Shown here: in pieces, positions 55,501 through 64,000 of the stretch
Layout of the letters: each line of letters opens with the position of its first letter
How positions within the stretch are numbered: the stretch's first letter is position 1
Source: a virus
DNA length: 64,000 nucleotides
Virus record (IMG/VR): IMGVR_UViG_3300034108_000145
Location: 65,766-129,765 of that record
Direction: 5' to 3' (one strand)
Made by a program: the position numbers and the translations under genes
Notes under the pieces: generated by a model
Database searches by the model: none
The model's input: the letters and a program-made list of their open reading frames with translations, nothing else
What the model was told of the DNA's origin: nothing

Positions 55501-58500
55501 CAGCCCAACCAGTACCACCTTCTACAAACATTTTATTATCATCAATTGGTGCTATAGCAACCACTTGATCTGAATTCTTAACTTGGAACCAGTTACGTGC
55601 AAGTAAGTTAACAGTGCTAGCTTTCTGTGGATTTTTACCAAGAACTTCAGCTGCTTTACGCATCTGAGCTACACCTTCTTCTAACTGCTCTTTTGTAAGT
55701 TCTACATTACCCTTTGGTGTTTTAGCACCAAAGTAGTAATGATTATGATTAACCACACCAAATTCTCTACCAATAGTATCCCATGCACTGTCAGCACCAA
55801 TTGCACCACCAGAGTGGTTAGTATACTCAGAAGGTTTGCCAACTTGCTTAGGCTGCTGAACCATAGGTTCTCGAGCTGCCATAACATCTAAATCTATGTT
55901 GTCAAACATATCAGCTTGATCTAAAAGATTATCCAAGTTGATATCATCTTCTAACATACCGTCAGCTAAGCTATCTACATCTATACTATCTTCAATACCA
56001 GGTGCGTCAGGATATTTTACTTTATACTCAGCAAGCTGTGCAGCAGTCATATTAATAGGTAATACAGAAGGAACTTGTTTCTCGTTCATCATGTATTCAG
56101 AGAAACCAGCCTTACGCGTACCTAAAGTATTAATTCTTTCGTACTTACCTATGTTCATAGCACTAGTTCTCTCATATAAGTATACTTGCTTACTTTGAGG
56201 ATCTGTGTATGAAATAAAGTCAGCAAACTTTTCTCTAGCTAATGTATTGTCAGCTGGACCAGTTTTAACTAATAATCTATAATGTAGATCGTTAGTAGTG
56301 TCAATAGAAAACTTTTCTACGTTACCTAATTTAGTTAGCTCTGCAGCAGTTTCTTTAGTTAAACGAGTAGCCATGTCAGGGTTGTTCTGAACAAACTGAC
56401 GATAGAACTGTGGAAGTCCTGTATTAAATACATCCTTCTTGAACCCTTTAACACCAGCTAAGAAATCAGCATCAGATATAAAATACTCAATTGGTATGAA
56501 CTTACCAAAACTACTATTAGTCTGATTAGCCCCAGTCAAGTATGTATATAATGCTAAATCTTTAGCAATCTGAATCTGCTCATCATTACCAGAGAAGATT
56601 AAACTTAAGAAACCTTTATTGTTTTCTATCTCGTCTATGTCTCCAAATGGACTTTTATAATAAACCTGACTAGGTAAACCATCTTTAGTACTAAGCTTTA
56701 AGCCTAAGTTCTTAATAAAGTAGTTTTCTTCAAGTTCAGGGTAAGCAAGTTTAGCTTCATTAATACGCTTAGCTAAAGACTTATTTTCTGCAGTGTCTAT
56801 CAGTAATCTTTCTCTTTCTTGTGCAGCGTTATCTGAAATATTTAATGTTGAGTTAGTAAACAAGTACGAGCGTACCCCCTTGATAATTTCTTTATTAAGT
56901 TTAATAAATCTAGAAGAACCAACTGTATTCTTATCTACATTTAAACCATTAAATATCTTTTCAGAAACGGTGTTGTAGAAACTACTAAAGTGTACAGGAT
57001 ATAACTCTCTATAAAGCTTTTCTGCAAACAATAAAGAACGATCTATAGAATGACCTATTTCACCAATTGGCTCCTCTATAGAGTATCTACCATTGTCAAC
57101 CTGTACATCTACCTTACCAGCTAAGTTGTTAAGACCAAGAAATACAGCTGATTTATTTAAACGTCCAAGCTTACGTATACCATCTATAACATCAAACACA
57201 CTACTACCTACACCTTTTGTATATACATAAGACGCACCAATCACACCGCTTAACTCACTACCAATAGTGCTTAAACGATCAAACAACATAAGAGCATCTA
57301 TCTGTTTTTTAGCGTAGCTATCCATATCAGCAGGTTCACCCAAGCTGTCTTGTAGCATTTCTTTTAAGTTACCAGGTCCAAATACCTCTTCTTTATACTC
57401 ACCATTCTTTGTATCTTCAATCATCTTATCCTGAGCTTGCTGACTCATCATGTCAAAGTATCTCTTAGACACTTTGTTCATTACAGCATCTTTAACATCT
57501 GGAGTATAGTCACTCAAGGTATCTCGTGCTGATTGAATCTCACTTACAAAGTCTTCAATAATTGGTTGCTTAAAGAATCTTGTAGCAAAGTTGATCCTAA
57601 GGATTTTACCGTTCTGATCTGATAATGCTATAAGAGCAGATAAAGCTCCCATAGTTTCTTCAGACCAGTTAAACTTGTATAAGTTTTTATTCTTAGAGTT
57701 ATCCAAAGATTCACTCAAAGTCATAGAGTTATTATCTCCTTTGGTTCTTGTGTTAGCTTTTGTATCACCTGTAGAACCTGGTGCAGTAATATTAGAAAGT
57801 TCTAACTTTTCACCATTCTCATCTAACACCACTACAGGATCAAGAACAATCTTCTGACTTTTAGGATCAATGTGACCCAATACAATAGATTTGTCTTGGT
57901 TATCAGCTAAGAAAGATCCTAATGATGCAAAGATACCTGTACCTAACTTACCACTTTTGTTATCGTTAAAGATCTGTACTTGCTCTTCAAAACCCATAGG
58001 AGAATAAGTTATGTCAGACTTAAAAAGTCCCATAGCTTCAAGCATGTCAGCTTCTTCTTTAATATCATTAAAGTCAATTGACTTAGTAATCTTATCAAAA
58101 GCAGATCTATGAGTTAACACTGACCAGTGAAGATCGCGGTACATTTGATGTAACTCATCTTCATTAAGACTAGATAGTGATTCCCAACCTTGCTTTTCGT
58201 CATACTTAGATATGTCATACTTAACTTTATCAGCACCAACTATACCTTTAGACTTAGCTTCAACTATTTGATTACGAAGATCATCAAGCTCTTTACGAGT
58301 AGCTTGTTTGTTCTTCTCCTGCACTTGTCTAATCTTTAAGTATTCATCAGCATACTTTTCTCTAATGTTCTCATATACAGACTCAATTAGAGTGTTGATG
58401 CTATCTATACTCTTCTGCTTACGAGCCTTCTCTTTATCAGAGATGTTCCACTTAAGCTTATTTACAATCTCGTTCTTATCTTCTTTAAGTTGCTTTATAG

Positions 58501-61500
58501 TAGCTAGCTCTTGCTTACTTAAGTAGTTTTTATATAACTCTGTATTTTCAGCTTCACTCTTGTTCTTGATGTTAAGCATTTCTTTTTCAAGAGCTATCAC
58601 CTTATTTTCAGTCTCTTTAGAATACCTTAATCTAAGTGAGCTAGTATACGCAAATAATTTATCTACGTCAAAGTCAGATCCCATCTGCTTTGTAATACCG
58701 TCCGGCACCACAATAGTGTTTTCCATATAGCTAGGTAAGAAACCTACCACTTCTATAGGAAGCATTGATGAGTGACCCTGGTTAGGAATACGTGAAGCAA
58801 CTAATTGGAATAACTCTTCAGAAAAACTAGAAGTATCAAGAGTTTTAATACCTGTCTTCTTATCTTCTGTCACAAACTTAGAAAGATCAATAAGGTTACC
58901 CTCTTCATCACGAATGAACTGAGATACTAAAACCTGAGCAGGTTTAACACCCTCTTTGGTTTTACGCATGTACTGCAAACCTTTAGTAGCATCGTAGTTA
59001 GGTAACCAGATAATATCGTTCTTAGTATCTTTATTTAGTTCATTTAACTTTAGCTTACTAGCAACACCGCTCACCTGAACTAATGAAGTACCAGGGTTTT
59101 TCAAACGTACTATCTTAGTAACCAATGAGTTAATAAGACCTTCAAACTTCTCACCTCTAGCCATTAGATACGGAGGGATGATAAGATCACCATCTTTATC
59201 TAATTTAATAGCAGCAATATCGTTGATAGAAAAGTTTCTTTCTAAAGCTTCTTCTCTAAGTAATTGTTCTAAAGCTTTTTTGTTTTTAAACACTACGCCA
59301 CTACCGCGTTCTTCAATACCAAATCTTCTTACAAGATCGTTCTTAGCTTTATCAAATAAGTTAATACGAATGTTTTCTTTTAAGTCTTTAAGCTGTTGAC
59401 CAGTAAAAGATGTGTTCTCTAGTATAAAGTCTTGAACGGTAAGTAAACCATCAAACAATACACGGTTAGCTTGAGAAATGTTAGATATCTCATCCTTTTG
59501 TAAAGGTATCTCTTGTTGTGTATGCAAGCCTTCTCTACCTAGAGTTTGTACACCAGCTGCTAAATCAGCGTTACTAGGTGTTATAAAGTTTTCATTCTCA
59601 TCAAACACAGTTAGAACCTTTTCAGGTTGACCCGTCTTCTTAGCAGTCTTGAAGTTTGCAGATCTAATATTGTTAGACTCCATAAACTTACGTAGGTCAT
59701 CTAATTGAGTACCTCTTGTAATGTCAGGAATCAAAGGATAAGTAGAAGACTTAACGTAGTCTATACGGTTAAACCCGTTACCATTCTCTACAGAGTTAGT
59801 ATGAACAGGCTTAGCTGGCTGTAACACCATAGCCTTTTCTCTATCAGAAAGCTGAAAGTTTTCAATTTGATTCTTTTTACCAAGACGGTCTGTAATACTT
59901 TGCCATACATCTAAAGGTATTCTACCCTCACTCATCATACGGTCAATATGCTCTTGTAGAGTGATAAACTCCTGAGCATCCGTAGTTTCTACATCTTTAA
60001 ATAATTCAGTATCTTTTTTAACATCATTAATAGTAATAGCCTTATAAGAACTTCTATCTACAAGATTACCTTTAGCATCATACCACTTCCATACACCTTG
60101 AGAACCAGGTGCAATAAACATAGCAGCACGCTTAGAGAATTCATCCATAGTAGATCTAACTACACTAGTCTTTTGAGCTAGAGTTAAATCAGCTAAGTTT
60201 GCATTTTTAAGTGAAGAAGGTTCCTTATAGTATAATGCTGGATCAGCACCTAAAAGCTGTAAAGCAGTAACCTGAGTTCTTAAATAGTTAAACTCAAAAT
60301 CAGCTGCAGCATATATAGCTTTTTGTAAATCACTCAGACCGTTAAGTTCTGATTGAGTCATGTAAGAAGAATCAAAGAACGGAAAGTTAAACAATAACTC
60401 ACCAGTAGTTGGACTTTTAGAATAGTTAATCAAACCATTTTTAGTCATGGTCTTAATTAACTTAAGAGTCTTATCTTTAAAGTTTTCTGTTACAGCGTTT
60501 TTAATATAATCAACGTCTTCTTTAGAAGGTGTTTTACCTTCATACATTCTGTTTCTTATCTCTTCAAGCTTCTTACCCTTAGGGTCTTTAGAACTTTGAT
60601 TCAGTATAGGGAACAAATAAAACAGCTCAAACGCTTTATCAAAGTTAGCTTGCTTAAGCTTATTACCAGCTTGTAGTTGTTTAGAATAATCTACAATACG
60701 GTTAACTTCAGCTTCTACTAAATTGTAAAGCTGATTTTTAAAAGTCTCACCAAAGTCAAAACTATCACGAACATCTCCGGTAGTTTGCTTAAAAATTAAG
60801 TCTTTACCAGAACGTCTTTGTTCTTTATCGTTAAGTTTATACTTATCAATATGTAAAACAGGAGTAACAGTCTTATCAGAAAGAGTAAAAATGTTATAGT
60901 AACCAGTCTTACGACCTGAGTTTTGGTGTTTAATAATAGCTTCAAACATCTGTTCTTTCACAGACTGCTTCTTACGCACTACACCATCACGGTTCTTTTT
61001 GTCTCTTTTTAAACTATCAGCATAGAAAATATCAAGCGTTACATTATTAGCACCTGTACGCTTAGAAGCCTCATAGTTTTTTAATACTGTAGAATTCTTA
61101 GCAAATGATCTTTTAAGAACTGTTTCTAAGAATGTTTTACTGTAGTTAAGTTTCTTCTTCATACGCTCTAAATAACTAGGAGCGATATAAGAATAGATAG
61201 ATTTATTCTCACCATTACGCGTAGAACCAGTGTGGTATCTACCTGGAGTATGACGATAGTATATTTCAGCTAACTTGCTAAAAGAAGTAAACTCATCTTT
61301 TAATGCGTTATTAGCATCATCATAACCAACCTCTGCTTTACCAGTAGGAGCGGTGTTATACTTATTTACAATAATACTAAACAAGTTATTAGAAAGAAAT
61401 AACTGTGCAAAGTTAGAGTTAAGATTGTTCTTTTTGAACTCTCCATTGTTAGCAGCTTCTTCTAAATAGTCTAACATCTCATCAGTGTAAGTTACACCGA

Positions 61501-62749
61501 TGCTAGCCATAAAAGATTTAACCCAGGCTTTCTTTACTTCTGGACTACCTGCAACAGCTTCATCTAAAGTTTTCTTAAGCTCAGCTGCTTTTTCTGTATT
61601 AACAACGAGCTCTCCATTTTTATTAGTAATAATATCAGAAGCTTTCTGTTGCTCTAACCAATCATTATATATTTGACGAATTACCGTATTACGGTTTGAC
61701 TTAATAATTTCAACATTAACTCCAGCATTACCTGCAGGATTCCATTTAACTAAGATCTGTTCTTGGAAAGACTTGTTAGCAAAAGTTAATATCTCATTAA
61801 GAAGTTGGGTATTACCATCCTTCTGTAAACCAGCAATCATTGAAGCTACATTCTTCAAATAAGGTCTAGTCTTAGACCTCTGAAGAAGCTCAGCTTGTAA
61901 ATTGTCATAGTTAACATTCTCTAGTTCAGAACCAATCTCTAAAAAGTTTTCTATTACATCATCGTATGTAACAAACTCTTTTAAACCTAAAGCACCTGTT
62001 CTACCAGAAGGTACAGTTGCAAAGAATAATTTAACACGGGTACTAGCAGTATCACGTGGGTTCACTCTAAACGCACTACCATCTTCATATGATTCGTTGA
62101 TAACTCTTTCATCTTCAGTTATCTCTTCTACATTAGCATCCTCATTAACAATGTTTCTGTAGTATTCTTCATCAAGCTTTAACTCTTGAAACTTATTAGA
62201 ACCTTCTTCAACTTTTAAACCAAACTTTTTAAGGTTTACTTTAACCTTAGTTTTAAATCCTTCAAAGTTATCTAAGATGTTTCCATAAGTACTCTTCATT
62301 GACTGAAGATCATCTATAGTAGGGGTCAATAATAACTGAGGAAACTTTTTAATGTACTCCTTTGTTTTTCTAGCCTGTGATAATTTAGCAGGTGTATCTA
62401 GCTTCTCAGCTAAGTATGTATACACTTTAAGAGAGTTCTCAAAGCGAGCCTTAGTTTTAAGAAAAGCTTCAGACGGAGAAATCTTTACTTTTTCTCCTGG
62501 CTTAAATGTACCGATCTGTGATATAACATCAGCACTAATAGCAGATATGTAATTGTTCTCTTGATATGGAGTAAACAAATCAAGATTTACAAATCTATTA
62601 CTAGCTTGATTCTTCATTATCTCAATCATCTCGTTATTAGTACGTGTACGTACAGACATCAAAGATGATGCAGAGCTAGCTAAATTTAAGAGTTCTTTCT
62701 CAGTGTACTCTCTACCATTAAGTATATACTTACAAGCCATATTAATCAC
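52586..62749 (-). CDS. Giant (probably virion) DNA-dependent RNA polymerase polyprotein with SLOG, zincin and SF1 helicase domains
   Basis: TDAQ, RIPNQ..SSM and GSDFDVDK (58661-58675); NHSGGAIGAD (~55790-55819); HEVMH (~54809-54823); GPGGTGKT, DEASM, GDYSQIPP, AHKVQGQT and YTAVSRAR. Confidence 0.88.
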   Translation of the reverse strand: MINMACKYILNGREYTEKELLNLASSASSLMSVRTRTNNEMIEIMKNQASNRFVNLDLFTPYQENNYISAISADVISQIGTFKPGEKVKISPSEAFLKTKARFENSLKVYTYLAEKLDTPAKLSQARKTKEYIKKFPQLLLTPTIDDLQSMKSTYGNILDNFEGFKTKVKVNLKKFGLKVEEGSNKFQELKLDEEYYRNIVNEDANVEEITEDERVINESYEDGSAFRVNPRDTASTRVKLFFATVPSGRTGALGLKEFVTYDDVIENFLEIGSELENVNYDNLQAELLQRSKTRPYLKNVASMIAGLQKDGNTQLLNEILTFANKSFQEQILVKWNPAGNAGVNVEIIKSNRNTVIRQIYNDWLEQQKASDIITNKNGELVVNTEKAAELKKTLDEAVAGSPEVKKAWVKSFMASIGVTYTDEMLDYLEEAANNGEFKKNNLNSNFAQLFLSNNLFSIIVNKYNTAPTGKAEVGYDDANNALKDEFTSFSKLAEIYYRHTPGRYHTGSTRNGENKSIYSYIAPSYLERMKKKLNYSKTFLETVLKRSFAKNSTVLKNYEASKRTGANNVTLDIFYADSLKRDKKNRDGVVRKKQSVKEQMFEAIIKHQNSGRKTGYYNIFTLSDKTVTPVLHIDKYKLNDKEQRRSGKDLIFKQTTGDVRDSFDFGETFKNQLYNLVEAEVNRIVDYSKQLQAGNKLKQANFDKAFELFYLFPILNQSSKDPKGKKLEEIRNRMYEGKTPSKEDVDYIKNAVTENFKDKTLKLIKTMTKNGLINYSKSPTTGELLFNFPFFDSSYMTQSELNGLSDLQKAIYAAADFEFNYLRTQVTALQLLGADPALYYKEPSSLKNANLADLTLAQKTSVVRSTMDEFSKRAAMFIAPGSQGVWKWYDAKGNLVDRSSYKAITINDVKKDTELFKDVETTDAQEFITLQEHIDRMMSEGRIPLDVWQSITDRLGKKNQIENFQLSDREKAMVLQPAKPVHTNSVENGNGFNRIDYVKSSTYPLIPDITRGTQLDDLRKFMESNNIRSANFKTAKKTGQPEKVLTVFDENENFITPSNADLAAGVQTLGREGLHTQQEIPLQKDEISNISQANRVLFDGLLTVQDFILENTSFTGQQLKDLKENIRINLFDKAKNDLVRRFGIEERGSGVVFKNKKALEQLLREEALERNFSINDIAAIKLDKDGDLIIPPYLMARGEKFEGLINSLVTKIVRLKNPGTSLVQVSGVASKLKLNELNKDTKNDIIWLPNYDATKGLQYMRKTKEGVKPAQVLVSQFIRDEEGNLIDLSKFVTEDKKTGIKTLDTSSFSEELFQLVASRIPNQGHSSMLPIEVVGFLPSYMENTIVVPDGITKQMGSDFDVDKLFAYTSSLRLRYSKETENKVIALEKEMLNIKNKSEAENTELYKNYLSKQELATIKQLKEDKNEIVNKLKWNISDKEKARKQKSIDSINTLIESVYENIREKYADEYLKIRQVQEKNKQATRKELDDLRNQIVEAKSKGIVGADKVKYDISKYDEKQGWESLSSLNEDELHQMYRDLHWSVLTHRSAFDKITKSIDFNDIKEEADMLEAMGLFKSDITYSPMGFEEQVQIFNDNKSGKLGTGIFASLGSFLADNQDKSIVLGHIDPKSQKIVLDPVVVLDENGEKLELSNITAPGSTGDTKANTRTKGDNNSMTLSESLDNSKNKNLYKFNWSEETMGALSALIALSDQNGKILRINFATRFFKQPIIEDFVSEIQSARDTLSDYTPDVKDAVMNKVSKRYFDMMSQQAQDKMIEDTKNGEYKEEVFGPGNLKEMLQDSLGEPADMDSYAKKQIDALMLFDRLSTIGSELSGVIGASYVYTKGVGSSVFDVIDGIRKLGRLNKSAVFLGLNNLAGKVDVQVDNGRYSIEEPIGEIGHSIDRSLLFAEKLYRELYPVHFSSFYNTVSEKIFNGLNVDKNTVGSSRFIKLNKEIIKGVRSYLFTNSTLNISDNAAQERERLLIDTAENKSLAKRINEAKLAYPELEENYFIKNLGLKLSTKDGLPSQVYYKSPFGDIDEIENNKGFLSLIFSGNDEQIQIAKDLALYTYLTGANQTNSSFGKFIPIEYFISDADFLAGVKGFKKDVFNTGLPQFYRQFVQNNPDMATRLTKETAAELTKLGNVEKFSIDTTNDLHYRLLVKTGPADNTLAREKFADFISYTDPQSKQVYLYERTSAMNIGKYERINTLGTRKAGFSEYMMNEKQVPSVLPINMTAAQLAEYKVKYPDAPGIEDSIDVDSLADGMLEDDINLDNLLDQADMFDNIDLDVMAAREPMVQQPKQVGKPSEYTNHSGGAIGADSAWDTIGREFGVVNHNHYYFGAKTPKGNVELTKEQLEEGVAQMRKAAEVLGKNPQKASTVNLLARNWFQVKNSDQVVAIAPIDDNKMFVEGGTGWAVAMAQANNKETHVFNLKDNSWYTWNGKEFAASGVPVLSKNFAGIGSRQDNGKMTEESLQAIFDVYDNTFNSVRTETSIADVSTQINPTEEIVITDPTDTLNLDDMLGMDMDDTTEINLEELQNQPVEFGQAQTDPVVKELIPNMDGDNSVKTVLNNIFKTTTNPFFKDLIKILGQSGSIKDANVIIDNEMAHPGTYAPGIIRINAELAKKDNPKQTAKANLETVIMHEVMHAATADILKRFRENKASLNKRQIIFATGLTNMFKDLQERMIDSEEHGPKLTEVIDKLFGSNQDVDLSPKEKSMYYGLTNVDEFVSMIMTDRTFQQFMNQTMYNENTNTSILERFKEMLRNLVASLADIIGVKIDNKSALYNGVDTIVKLITEPDIQDHSDEETINGDPNEGQLNMDDINNPQDTTTQDFYMLKTPNGSFKANEDQIIAIDTVSEFLNKPTTEKLEDNVFLLYGPGGTGKTASVASAINKALSNTAEKVKVGYTAISHTAKGELVRAGNEEAVTLASLLGSRPKINSAGEETFDLIPLSEYTDGDKPKPYPPIFTVDWLVIDEASMIGQREIDAIKQRLRERSGEFGDSKLKILFMGDYSQIPPIGVRPDEDGFAINLMKNPSKSIGLSKVERTKNQDITDLGFRFRRAVDYYNQQLEKGMPSAATGLRIEKMLDNTVTTSSENVLYTSNIKKFYTDYVNIFKQDPFNSQNAVMIAYNNEKHINTVTINNILRTNLFGAKAEEGYFVDGEPIFLGSTINAKTENGKAIEMPKNSRVVIKSIKSVVKTYNLGTNRKSDLINVPVYAITAHYGKQVVSFDAFDKKFVEQFIPSRYDSQRKGYILEDGSFLPYFKYMRLKDSGITDVFHGYIMSAHKVQGQTYNHPFVHDKNIAQHVRPSMQSGEMILTPKSYAQILYTAVSRARNKVYVLTNTVANETGAFVQPTFENPMKSVGTQVTAAEFPTELELENQCKL

Positions 62750-64000
62750 AAGATTTTTTCAGTTCTTTTAATGAGGTCTTTATAGATTTCATATCTGGTT
62801 CAATCATATCATCTATATTACCAATGTCTTCAGCTACATCACCAAAGTCTAATGAGAGATCAAGAAGCTCTTCTGCTTTAACAGCTGGAGTTTCTTTACG
62901 AGATGCCCACCTTACACCAGTTAATGCTTGTGTAACTTTTGCTTTATTTACTTTACGATCACTCTCTACACCAGACATTGTTCTTGCATGTATAGCTTCT
63001 AAATCAGCTTTAACGTCATTTAATGTTGTAGGAGAGTTTTTATCTACTAATATACTAGTAGCAACAAAGCCCTTTCTATTAGCAGTATCAACTATTGATG
63101 CATCTACTAACGTAAATATCTTCTTATCTTGTATAACTTCTTCTTTAAAGTATTTTTTAGTTCCAGCGTTATACTCGTTATCACCTCTTCTATCAGGATA
63201 ATACTTAGGAACATTTCCGTATACATCACCTTGACCTAATATGGTTCCAGTAACAAACACCTCACCATATTCAATAGGTCTATTATCTTCTACAGGAACT
63301 GCTGGGATAGAAGGTTCTTCTTGTAATGCCTCTAAGGATTGTAAGTTATTATCTACAACATCAAATGTTACCACAGGATTAGAAAAATGCACAAAAGGAC
63401 TGTTAGGATCTTTAGAATCTACAGGTCTTCCTTTTTCTATATTTGTTTCTAATATATTCATCATATACTCGTTATAAGTAATTGGTTGAGGGCTCTTAAC
63501 AAGTTTGCCACCCACCACACTTAAGAAAGTCATAGGAGACTCAGAGTTGATTCCTTGTGAGAACTCAGTAGTTGTCTTTGCATTATAGTAAAGATCAGAT
63601 AGCTTCTCACGCATTTGATCTTGTTTCTTAGCAAATTCAGCTGGATTCTTAGCTATAACTACATCTTTATCCTTTGATTTATCTTTTACAGACCATGCTA
63701 TAAGTTCACCAGCTTCAGTTATATTTAACTGGCTAGTTCCTGGTTTTAACAATGGATTGTACTGCTTTGAACTTGTAAACGTTACATAGTCATTAATGTA
63801 GTTTCTAAGTACGTTAAAGTCTACAATCGTTCCAGGTTCAAAAGGTGTATCAAAGGTATCGTAAATAGCTTTAACAATAGCCACTTGATCTTTAAGAGAA
63901 GCAGGATCTGCTGTATTCTTTACAGCATGAAAAGCACTCCAAGCAGATACAATAAGCTCTTGATGTGTCGGGGCTAATTTAGGAACATTTAGTAAACTAA
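62742..64000 (-). CDS. C-terminal part of another giant virion protein (5'-truncated)
   Basis: Frame stays open from 63884 to the window end. Confidence 0.75.
   Translation of the reverse strand, partial: SLLNVPKLAPTHQELIVSAWSAFHAVKNTADPASLKDQVAIVKAIYDTFDTPFEPGTIVDFNVLRNYINDYVTFTSSKQYNPLLKPGTSQLNITEAGELIAWSVKDKSKDKDVVIAKNPAEFAKKQDQMREKLSDLYYNAKTTTEFSQGINSESPMTFLSVVGGKLVKSPQPITYNEYMMNILETNIEKGRPVDSKDPNSPFVHFSNPVVTFDVVDNNLQSLEALQEEPSIPAVPVEDNRPIEYGEVFVTGTILGQGDVYGNVPKYYPDRRGDNEYNAGTKKYFKEEVIQDKKIFTLVDASIVDTANRKGFVATSILVDKNSPTTLNDVKADLEAIHARTMSGVESDRKVNKAKVTQALTGVRWASRKETPAVKAEELLDLSLDFGDVAEDIGNIDDMIEPDMKSIKTSLKELKKSCD

Noticed and set aside
1-64000. CRISPR or other regular repeat-spacer array
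   Set aside because: No regularly spaced direct repeats seen in any intergenic region, and no Cas, Nop-domain or reverse transcriptase motifs.
1-64000. Stop-codon reassignment as in some crAss-like phages
   Set aside because: Long intact ORFs under code 11, TAG and TGA end genes at normal junctions, and no suppressor tRNA.

Overview
A 64-kb AT-rich segment of a crAss-like (Crassvirales-type) tailed phage, most likely infecting an aquatic Bacteroidota host. The host inference rests on TAnnTTTG promoters and A-rich, SD-less translation starts; the standard genetic code is used. There are five alternating blocks. (1) 1-5313, minus: late/accessory genes including an IHF-like protein, a PD-(D/E)XK nuclease, a GNAT and an Ate1/Bpt-like aminoacyl-tRNA-protein transferase, with a 170-nt tRNA-Asp-like RNA carrying large insertions. 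(2) 5578-22033, plus: early genes interleaved with much structured non-coding DNA (GOLLD-like RNA, an aberrant tRNA, several unknown stem-closed elements), then an SF2 helicase, UDG and a MoxR-AAA/VWA pair. (3) 22023-31323, minus: a lysis cassette (GH19 endolysin, holin- and spanin-like genes) continuing into an envelope module (CsgG-like proteins, beta-barrel, cohesin/dockerin-like protein). (4) 31439-48751, plus: replication and repair genes (DnaA-CTD protein, DnaB, primase, PolB, dNMP kinase, SPL-like radical SAM, phosphoesterases). (5) 48771-64000, minus: giant proteins, including a 3387-aa RNA polymerase fused to SLOG, zincin and SF1 helicase domains. The best candidate novel systems are the giant tRNA-Asp-like RNA plus transferase, the ncRNA-rich early region, and the envelope module. 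All family calls come from motif recognition by eye; no searches were run.
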